Origin: Nemertoderma westbladi
Lineage: Eukaryota > Animalia > Xenacoelomorpha
Assembly: GCA_032718475.1 (NCBI GenBank)
Contig: JAUCBJ010007250.1
Span: 585-64,584, forward strand
Length of the DNA: 64,000 nucleotides
Direction: 5' to 3'
Part shown: positions 1-9,530 of the stretch, one piece after another
Position numbering within the stretch: the stretch's first letter is position 1
Layout of the letters: each line of letters starts with the position of its first letter
Position numbers and translations under genes: made by a program
The notes under the pieces: generated by a model
What the model was told of the DNA's origin: nothing
Seen by the model: the letters and a program-made list of their open reading frames with translations, nothing else
The model's database searches: none

Positions 1-614
1 AACATTTCCGCATCGATTGCGTCCAACACAAGCTTGGTTCCTTCACTATTAGGGCGAAGTCCAGACAGTCGTCTCCTCAACTCTTCGTCTCCTATGAATC
101 GCTGATAGTCTGACAGATATATGTCAATGGCGTCTCTAGTTCGCGGCTTCTCTGCTGCTGTTAATTCGCTTTCCACTTCGCTTTCCACCTCGCTTTCCAC
201 TTGAGAAGAAGTGGCGTCGGTTGATTCTTCATAGGTTGGCCGCTCATCATAAACCATATCCGCCATCTTCGCTCCGCGTTCGGGCGTCCGCTCCACAGTA
301 TCCGAACTACTGGAGCTATCGGGCCGCTGAGAACTAGGTTCTTGGCTAGGAGGTTGCTGCTGTTTTATAGCTTCTTCTTGATCCCGCTTGACTTGGGCCC
401 GAGTGCCTATGGCAGACCAACGGCGCTTCACTAACTTCGCAAAATGCGAAATCGCTTCTACCAACCTAGGTTCTGATACAACCACTGCAGGGGTTGCCCT
501 TCTTACAGTATGAGGGGTTTCAGACCTCGGTCTGGGATTCTCTACACTTTGATCTGAGAAACAGTCTGTTGTTTCTAGGAGACTATCTGACAGAGTTTGC
601 CTTGTGTCAGCCAT
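1..614 (-). CDS. gag: Gag N-terminus of element C (partial, frame continues to the window edge)
   Basis: Manual translation MADTRQTLSDSLLE...DAIDIYLSDYQRFIGDEELRRRL matches the element B ORFs at 38755 and 38196. Confidence 0.75.
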   Translation of the reverse strand, partial: MADTRQTLSDSLLETTDCFSDQSVENPRPRSETPHTVRRATPAVVVSEPRLVEAISHFAKLVKRRWSAIGTRAQVKRDQEEAIKQQQPPSQEPSSQRPDSSSSSDTVERTPERGAKMADMVYDERPTYEESTDATSSQVESEVESEVESELTAAEKPRTRDAIDIYLSDYQRFIGDEELRRRLSGLRPNSEGTKLVLDAIDAEM

Positions 615-1988
615 GTTTGTTTACACAGTTGAATGCCTACGGCTACAAATACAGTCAAAGTAAGTCTAGTAATTCAGTATCACCGTTAGCCTAATAATTA
701 ATTGCCGATACTGCTGCTCAGTGTAGCGTGATATATATATAATATATTAGAATACCGGTATGCTTATAATATATATATAAGTATGATTACAGACTAGATT
801 TGTCACAGAGTACCGGTATATAAATTTAGCACAAATATATATAAATATATAATAGGCCTATCGTGAATACCGGTATACAGCTGACACTTATAGTATATAT
901 AAGTATAATTATTACAGACTAGAATTAATTACAGAATACCGGTATGATTTCAGCTTAAATTTATAGAATAAATATAATAAGCCTATTGTAAATACCGGTA
1001 TGTCAATTATTTTAGAATAATTGAATTTCTGAATATTTTAGGGTTACTTGGTTACTTTAACTTACTCTGTTACCGTTATTTAAGCAGTAGTCCAACTGAT
1101 TTTGAGACCTAGTTGTTGTATGACAGGCCTACTATTTATAAATCGTTTGATTTGATTTATAATATTTATATACCCGTTTATATGGGTTTTTGTCAATATT
1201 TGAAATAAATGTTATTATTTCTGGGGGAGTCACTACACAGAAGCTGAACGCCTCTCAGTGAAGTGCTATTTATTTGACACTAAAACTGATAATTCTAATT
1301 TACCTAAGTTACTTAATTACTACAAATTACTTACGATACGGGTGAGATTAATTCTCTAGTTAAACACAACAAAATATTACGTACGAAATTTTTAGGGTAA
1401 TTTTACAGGAAGTCTACAAACCAGTCCAACAAAGGGTTAGATTTCTGGTTATTACAAAGGACAGGGTACTACGGTATTTAAATAATAAGTAGTAGTAAAT
1501 ATATTGTACTGTCCAGATAGGAAAATACCACCGCCTGACGACCTATAACCGTATCGCTATAGGTACTACGTTATGTATCACGGATTGTTCCTACCCAGAA
1601 GCTAATAGAGCTAACGAATGTGCCTATCAACCACTTTACAACACAAATATACTGCCTACACTAATTACTTCGGAAAGCACTGTACACTAAACCCTAAATT
1701 AGGTACAAGTACCGGTATAACAAATAATCAGTAGTTAAATATACTTGAACAGTTAAAAGAACCACGGCATCTGCTGGAGTGACCGAAGCACAAAGTCGTC
1801 AGTCTTTACCTACGCCAAGCAGCCCTGATGTAGTACCGGGGTTAGTTTAACTATAACGGTATGTATAACAAGCACAATTACTGTAGGAATAAACTTGGGG
1901 ACATGAATGTTGCGAATAATCGCATAAACTCTGAATAATAAATATTACGCTACCCGTACAGAATACTCAAACAAATACAAACCAAACG

Positions 1989-2500
1989 CTGGCAGACTAC
2001 TATTAAGCCTAAACAAACTACAGTATGTGCAGATTCTGAAACTGTTAGTTAGTATGCGTTCTAACACGGTAGTACGACTTACTCTTTAAGAGGGGATTGA
2101 CCTTACCGCTTATGGCTGCCCCAACTTACTAACGGCACTTGATCAGACCAACTCTACACACGCAGCAATCCCTTCAGACCTAAAAATAGCTAGACAACAA
2201 TCCAGCCTACAAATATTTAAGTAATAACTATTACGGTACCTGAACAGACCACACAAACAAACTCAGGCTAAAACACTGGCAGACTACGATCAAGCCTAGA
2301 TAAACTACAGTATATGCAGACTCTGAAACTGTTAGTTAGTATGCGTTCTAACACGGTAGTACGACTTATTCTTTAAGAGGGGATTGACCTTACCGCATAT
2401 GGCTGCCCCAACTTACTAACGGCACTTTATCAGACAAACTCTACACACGCCGTAATCTCTCCAAACTCAACAACAGTCAGACAGCAGCTCAGCCTACAAT
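1989..2500. repeat. ~287-bp tandem duplication in the leader of C
   Basis: CTGGCAGACTAC...GAAACTGTTAGTTAGTATGCGTTCTAACACGGTAGTACGAC occurs at ~1989 and ~2276; B has a single copy near 40137. Confidence 0.8.
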
Positions 2501-2766
2501 TATCTGAACAATCTGAGCAGGGTCACACGCCTTCTGCTCAATATTAGCCTACTAGAAAATAAAACCGACAGAAATAGGTAAAATCTCAATAAAAATTCAG
2601 GGCTGCAGTCCCTGATTAAGTACTAAGACCTACCAGTATACAATAATCAAATCGAATAATACTAAATGTACTTGTACAGCAGTACCGGTACCGGTTATGA
2701 CAGTTAGGCCTACTGACCTACAGAAGTACCGGTTCTTTGCAACCCTATTGCCTACTGCAATAAGAT

Positions 2767-2779
2767 TATAAACTGTTAC
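2767..2779 (-). promoter_or_regulatory. Non-tRNA primer-binding site of C (GTAACAGTTTATA), complementary to LTR 3531-3543
   Basis: + strand TATAAACTGTTAC (2767-2779) and GTAACAGTTTATA (3531-3543) are a perfect 13-bp inverted pair; the site abuts the LTR. Confidence 0.75.
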
Positions 2780-3928
2780 TGTTCGCGCTTTTGAAGACCT
2801 TTAGCAGTTTAACCCGCCAAAATTTATATGTCTTTTAGTTAATTAAAACACCTTTAGCATACGACAATATTTTATGCTAATACGCAAAACATTAGCCGAA
2901 GGCAGCCCATGCGCGATCATTCACCCGATGGATCTACACCCGGGAGGCTGAATTCGGATGCTTAAATTTTATTATTGCAGTGTAAGGTTGCAGTGTAAAC
3001 TTACTGTATTATTCGATAGATCGTTAATGATTAATTTCTGACAGATATTATTGGCTTTCGGGAAATATTAACAGTTCCTTTAGGACGTGGCGCTCTATCT
3101 ATTTAAACAGAACTAGGACTTATACTAAACGCAACGATACTGCTTATGATTAAAGTATAAAGCGTATTCTTTAGGAAATACTTTGTTACCAATCACAATC
3201 ATACACACTATTCTGCCGACCGTCAGTATATTTGATCACACATAAAGAGAGCAGTAATTGACTCATGTAGTGTCTGCTAAATAACATTAGATTCAATACA
3301 CACCACATTAATATAAATCGCAATTGTTATGTATAGCCGGTCTCTCTAACCTGTAGTGTATCAAGAAAATTGGGAATTTGGGTGATTTATCCGTATTATC
3401 CAAAGAGCAATATTTCCATCAACAAATAGGTACAATTAATAACTGACGGTAAATAACAGTACAAACAATATGATTAATGCAGTTAAATTAAGTGAGATAG
3501 TGAGTTCGTTCGATTAGTGAGATTAGTTTGGTAACAGTTTATACTTTCGATAATTTAAGCAGTTTTACTAGAGTTTCTAGAGCCGGTGTTTCTGGCTTAG
3601 ACAGCAATAACAACAAAGTATCAAGTAAAAACAGTAAGACTGAACACTCTCCTTATGATCGGCCGAAAAGCTACACGTCGACAGGAAAAATCGCTCTGAT
3701 TGGCTCAAGCCAAACAAAGAACCATGCGTCCAATGGCTGTTTCCATGTCAGCAACCAGCTGTTAGATGTCGTAATATGAATCATCACGGCTAAGCTGTGA
3801 AAGGTAGTTGGTGCATTGCAGGTTTTTTGCCTTACCATGTCCGCCAAAACACGTATATAGCAGAATGACTTTTATGTCCGTTAAAACACCTGTAACGGTA
3901 CCTTGCGGGCGAGGGGAATATATATACA
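2780..3928 (-). repeat. 5' LTR of element C
   Basis: Homologous to B LTR 4640-5743 (shared blocks such as AATATTAACAGTTCCTTTAGGACGTGGCGCT and AAAATCGCTCTGATTGGCT); ends ...GAACA on the - strand at 2780. Confidence 0.75.
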
Positions 3929-4634
3929 GTTAGAGAACCTTTTTAGAGTATTCCAGCGCCTGGGGGGAAACTGGATTGCGAAGCAAAAGGGGCCAGTTAT
4001 ATCCCACAGAAGCTTTTACAAAGTGCGTTTGCTAGAGTAGTGGAGGTCATGTCAGATATTGAATGTAGAGGAGGTAAGAGTCTTGGTAGAATTTTCTGCA
4101 TTGCTACAATATCTAAAAGTTCGTGAGGGAAACTAGGCCGTTTGCTATGGTTACAAGGCTCATTGTTAATGTCTATTGCGCCGGATAACATCGTTAGGAG
4201 ACTTACATCAATTTTGTATGAGATAGACAATGGGTTATGATCTGATATAGGTGGTTGATTTTGCAAGATATTAAGTTTCAGTTTGTCCAAGTCAGTATTG
4301 GAATTGCAAAGGCACCAATCCAGTTGTATCTGCAGAGACCCTCTCCAAAAGGTAATACCTCCATCGTTAGTAATATTCTTATGAACTAAGTGATTAATAG
4401 GTATCAGACTCATTTCCTTGATTATGTTGAGCAATGATTGGTTGAGCTTGATTATGTTTGTGTTTATTTTTTTATCTGGGTTTTGCGTAAATTTATAGGA
4501 TGGACACACATCATTCAAATTTCCAAGTCTCGAGTTTAGGTCTCCTGTAATTATGATGGGAAGGTTGTTGTAACTTTTCAAAATAAGCTGGCCGGTGAGG
4601 GAAGCAAAGTAGTGTTCTGTAAAGTACGGGGAGT
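3929..4634 (-). pseudogene. LINE ORF2 AP-endonuclease fragment (part 3 of 3), split by element B
   Basis: Motifs ITGDLN, LDW, SDHNP. Removing B and one CATAT joins it in frame to the segment starting at 41480, giving FMYIPPYDSPYFTEHY. Confidence 0.85.
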
Positions 4635-4639
4635 CATAT

Positions 4640-5743
4640 TGTTCGCGCTTTTAGACCTTTAGCAGTTTAACCTGCCAATTTTAGTTGTCTTCTTGTTTAT
4701 AAATCGACTTTAGCCTAGACCAATTATTTAATGTACTGAAGTTACATCCGCCGAAGCCAGTCTGTGCGCGATCATTCACCCACAGTTAAGGGAGACTGGA
4801 TTCGGGTGCTTTGAAGTTATTGCGGTGCAGACCTACTGTATTATTCGATTGATAGTTACTATATAATCTCTGACAAATATATTTACTTTCGGGGAAATAT
4901 TAACAGTTCCTTTAGGACGTGGCGCTTTAAGTATAAAAACAGAGTTATGACTTATACTAATCACAACTAGATGGCTACTGAGTTTCGTAAATAGCGCATT
5001 CTTTAGGAGATGCTTTATTATCTGTCACACTACTTCACACGACTTCACACTACTGCACACTGATCTGCCGACCGTCACTGAATTTGATCATATATAAGGA
5101 AGATCGCAACTGACACTTGTAGGGATTATGAAATAGCATTTAATTCACACAAAAACCACTATAATTTAAGTCGCAGTTGCTACCGGTAACCTGTTCCTCT
5201 CACCTTCAGTAATCAAGAAGATTGGGGGTTTTATGATTATTCATCGGTATTCTCCAAATATATCAGCAATATATATCCATATAACAACAATTAATAACAG
5301 AAGCAAATAATGCGGTGAACAATCAGTATGTGTTACGTAATGCATTGAGTTGTGTTATTCAGTATGTATGCAGGATAATAGATTTACGTTCTTGTAATCA
5401 AAGCCATCAGATGTTTAGGCCAAAGTCTGAAACTTCCAAAACAGAAGCACAGAAGAATTCTAAGCCGGTTATCTGGCTCAGAAAGGTAAACAAAGACCGT
5501 AATGCATTGCGCAGTTTTCCATAGGCCCCTGTTCAACATAAAATGAAAATCGCTCTGATTGGCTGAGCAGAACAAAGAGGTTCCACGTCTACAGGAAATC
5601 AGCTGACAGATTTCGTCATCTGAGCTCAAATCTTTTAGAGTATTATGCGCATTGCGGCAAAAATGACTTGTTATGTCCGCTAAAGCACCTACACTGTGCA
5701 TTGCGGGGAAAAATGACTTGTTATGTCCGCAAAAGCTTTTACA
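4640..5743 (-). repeat. 3' LTR of element B (1104 bp)
   Basis: Near-identical to 40645-41474; preceded on the - strand by the PPT. Confidence 0.95.
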
Positions 5744-5821
5744 CCGCTCCCAGAAAATGGGATTTAATTCTATAAAATATAAAAAATCACAGTTTCTAAA
5801 ATATAAAAATACTCTAAACAG

Positions 5822-6801
5822 TTAGTCCTTCTTACGTGAACGGCGTTTACGAAGTTTTTTGAGGCTAGCAAGAGTCCTTTTCTCTTTGGGGTGAGCTACT
5901 TTACTAGGAGGGCTATAACTCTTGGGTGAGGGGTGCAATACAATTGCATCGGAAGGTTTAGGGTTACAGTCGGTGTATCCGCCGGTCGAGGTACCCGGTT
6001 GATCGATATCAACCTCAGTGGAACGAGGTCGAACAACCTTCAGAGCGCGTTTCAAGACAGCAGCTCTTACTGGTCCCTGACGAGTCGTCTGCACGAGAGC
6101 GGTAGGCGGACCGTGAGTAGTGCAAAATTTCCTCGGTTTGATGGTTCTTTCTAACTCGCATTCTCGGGCTCTATATTCATAGGGTCGTCTATGAACTTCC
6201 TGTAGTTCTGGATGTGAGTTGATGAACAAGTCACCATATTCTGGATTTTGACGGATGAAGTTGATCAAGTTATAGGAATTAAGGTCATTAGGATTGATGT
6301 TCCTGAGATACTTGCGAACAAATTTGGTCGAAATATTCTCGCCAATGCGTTTCATTAGCTCGTAGCTCCGTGTACGAGATTTTTGCTCAACCGAAGCAAA
6401 GAGATACGGGTGAAATGCATAAACTCCTTCATAGGCACGTCCAGGGTAGTATCGATGACGTGACTCGCAGTGGAGATCCGCGTTATCTTCCCAGGCTCGA
6501 ATGTAGCGCAGGGCAACCATTTCATCTACACTTTCCAGATCTCGGTTGAAAGGGCAATCAAAACTTGCGTGTCCTTTAAACTGGCAATGATGGCATTGAG
6601 TCATAAATTGAGGGCAGACTGCGAAGATGTGTAAGTTATTGAGTCTACAATACGCACAATAGATCTCCATTGTAGGTTGGTCTTGGAAGTAGGAGCAGGG
6701 TACGTTGGAGTCCACCGGGGTGAAGTGGTCTCGAGATGCGCATAATCGGCAACGTTTCCTAGAAACATAATTGGCATGCCGATAATCGTATGCAGTGAGA
6801 C
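5822..6801 (-). CDS. C-terminal part of element B ORF2 (zinc knuckles, basic tail), cut off by insertion of A
   Basis: CAYCRLNNLHIFAVC and CHHCQFKGHASFDC align with the A ORF2 knuckles. Joins in frame with 25750-26550 across the TSD (GPQCL|TAYDYRHANYVSRKRCRLC). Confidence 0.9.
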
Positions 6802-8722
6802 TATAGAATTATATTCCCTAAATGCCGTGGATTTTCAAAATTTTATTTTATTCGAATTAACTTTGTAAAGATTGCTTTGAGTTCTCATTAGTATTGGTTC
6901 TATCTATTATGCATCTATCGGTCAAGTGGTTCAGTAGCTCAGTCGGTAGAGCGTTGGAAATTATATGTGTAGTAGGTATCGAGTTCGAATCCTAATAAGT
7001 GCGAATTATTTTTTGTGCAGAATTTCAACTCATTTAAATTAACCGCTACAAATTAATTGCATTTGTCTGTACCAATGAGACCGTAGTTATTTGATTGTAA
7101 CCAATGTCGTGCAAGTTATATATTAGCTGGACCAATAGCTATCTTTAAAACCTTGTTAGAATCTATAGAACAATCGAGAATTTTCTCGATTGATTGCGGC
7201 ACAAATTTAGTATATAAAGGTGCGATTTCGTTCATTAGTATACTTACACAAACTAATTCAATCCATCATTCACTTTCTGTCTTATTTCAGATTACATTGT
7301 TTATTGTATAATAGTTATTATATCTTTTGTAATAAAAGTCAGAAATACTAGTCACATCTCAGCCCTTTTCTATCTGTTTTACTATGGTTTCACTACGGTG
7401 AACAAACTCAGGGACAGGATGGCCGGCTAGAGATCGGGCCGCAGCAATGAACGGGAACATCACGGGAATGTAGACGAGAGACAACCCGCAATACCATCTT
7501 AGAGTTATTCGCCCATCGCCTGAAAGGTTAGACAGCGTTCGATCCTTGCTACCTAAGTGTAAGACCAAAAGATCAAAGGTAGACGTAGTGACGCGCTGTA
7601 AGCCCAAAATTACATCATAAGGACTGTACTGTCTTGATTCAGGAAAACCCACAGTAGACCTTCACATTCCTACGGGGGGAGGGAGAGAGAGCAGATACTA
7701 GTATGCAGATAGGACGTAGGCACACCGGTACAAGGCATACACATTGGTTAGGGTGCAGCAAACTGTACGCTTAACTCTTGCTAAGTACAGGTGTGTGTGC
7801 GACTATTTGCCGTACAACAGTGTCCATTACATCAGAACTTGTAGGCTAGGGGGTTGCTGTGTTTTCACCTGAATTGGGATTGTACCGTTCAGGCGGTAGG
7901 GCAGTTTACGCTAGGCGCAAATAAATTGAGGCTATCAGGGATATACTAACATCTACCGTGTCCCCGCCAACGCCCTAATAGGAAGTTACCCGGACTACCT
8001 GGGTGACTAAAATTCTAGATAGGAGCCAGGATAGCTATTAGTACCCGTACGCCTACAGTAGTAAACTAACACATCTCTTCTTTGTATCAGGGACCTGGTA
8101 CCTAAAATTGCCGAATTCTGGGCGTAGTATTAACCTTATGCCTGAATTTGAGTCCTGGAAATACGCAAGAGGGGAAGGAACCTTATCATTCGTGAGTATT
8201 GGACCTACAAGTTATAAAATTAGAATATTCGTAAAATGCACACCGTACCCAGTAATTATATATGTGAAGGAGCAAAACTGTTTTTTGACCGTTCAGAATT
8301 AACACACGCGCGTTAGAAATTATTTACACCTCGAAATATATAAAATTAACTTAGTCCGTACTGTGCTTTGCCCGCTAGTTAGACATCTCCAAATCTGCTC
8401 TATACCTAGCTAGCGTCCCTTTGCCCAACCATATAAATCACACCGCGGCAAAGTATACGAGCCTCTTAGTCCGTCAGTGAGTCAGCCTGATTTTAGGATT
8501 CGCTGCGCGGGATTTTGTTTTATCGAAGTTTGTCTGCTCGTAGACTGTTTTCTGCCTCACCGGTTATAAGAGATCGATACTGCAATATATTCGCTTACTT
8601 TGGGTTTACTGTTTTGGTGAGAAGGTCGGATTTATGATTTGATTTACAAACTTTACAGTAGGATATTGCAGGTATTGTTACCGTCTCTTCCGATAGTAGG
8701 AATAGGCGTATCTCTTCAATTA
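6802..8722 (+). repeat. 5' LTR of element A
   Basis: Matches 23829-25749 with about 3 substitutions seen by eye; begins TATAGAA, ends CAATTA; TATA-like motif at 7211, AATAAA at 7331. Confidence 0.95.
6928..7014 (+). ncRNA. tRNA-derived Pol III cassette in LTR A (degenerate; second copy 23955-24041)
   Basis: A-box TAGCTCAGTCGG (6935-6946), B-box GAGTTCGAATCC (6981-6992), T6 run (7009-7014). Acceptor and anticodon stems do not pair, so it is not a functional tRNA. Confidence 0.65.
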
Positions 8723-8733
8723 GTAGGAATGTG
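8723..8733 (+). promoter_or_regulatory. Non-tRNA primer-binding site of A (GTAGGAATGTG), complementary to LTR 7663-7673
   Basis: CACATTCCTAC at 7663-7673 is the exact reverse complement; no TGG start. Confidence 0.75.
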
Positions 8734-9530
8734 TTTTACTGAACTACGGTTCGGTAGGACTAAAGTTATTTGAAAATTTTGTATTTTGAGGTAAAAATTT
8801 GTATTTGATTAGCTAAGTGCTAATTTTTTGAAATAAAATTTGATTTGAACCGCGTGTGAAGTATTTTGGAATTGAATACCGGTGTTTAAAAGGGTTTAAA
8901 TACCATATTGTACCGGTACAAAATTTTCGTAAAGTAAAACCTAACTCTTTTGTTTTTTCAGGATTCAGAACTCATTTCTAGGCTGTAACGGGAGCAAGAC
9001 CGTGTTTAGCAAGTTTGGGAGATAGATAACTCAACAACTTTGGTTGGGAAAATCGCGTTTCGTCCGCAACGTTAAAAACGGAAAGGTTCACGTTCGGTTT
9101 GTATCTGGGAATCTGTTTTTCTGGAGAATTATTGGAGTGGGTGAGTTCGAAAAGTTGCATAAATAAGTTAGGCATTACCGTATTAGTTAAAATTATTGTG
9201 GGTTCCACTGTCTCAAGTATTTATGCATTCCATATGATTTCTTTGTTCATTGCTGAATTAGTCCGTATTATTGTATTTAATTTACCCTTCGATAACGCAT
9301 ATCGTTATCCGATTTATTTGTTATAAAATTGGCCGCTAGGCTAATTTTATTATATACTTATTCCGTGACATTTATTTGCTGTAAAATTGGCCGTTTAGGC
9401 TAATTTTATCCATCTGCTATAAGATCGGCCGGTAGGCTAATTTTATAAGACTGTAATTAGTACCGTTTAGATAAAAATACAGTAAACTCGATACTTTGAC
9501 ACTCACTTCACTTGACTTACAACTACTGAA

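Larger units (their letters stand above)
1..3928 (-). mobile_element. BEL/Pao LTR retrotransposon C (5' LTR, ~2.1 kb leader, start of gag); runs off the left edge
   Basis: Colinear and similar to element B 37670-41474 (leader, gag start, LTR end TGTTCGCGCTTT). The right boundary (...ATATACA at 3928) is inferred, with no second LTR or TSD in view. Confidence 0.8.

Noticed and set aside
1848-1860. TAACTATAACGGT resembling an rRNA / I-CeuI site
   Set aside because: Only 13 nt match, no surrounding rRNA similarity, and the homologous site in B differs.
6928-7014. Functional tRNA gene or element-encoded tRNA primer
   Set aside because: Acceptor and anticodon stems do not pair, and its 3' end is not complementary to the PBS.
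7420-7680. Self-cleaving ribozyme that could release the primer
   Set aside because: No hammerhead CTGANGA/GAAA core seen, and GGCCGGC at 7421 lacks a recognisable HDV fold by eye. An Infernal/Rfam scan would be needed to exclude it.
7359-8302. Short ORFs inside LTR A (repeated at 24386-25329)
   Set aside because: Non-ATG starts and no motifs; they are duplicated only because the LTRs are.
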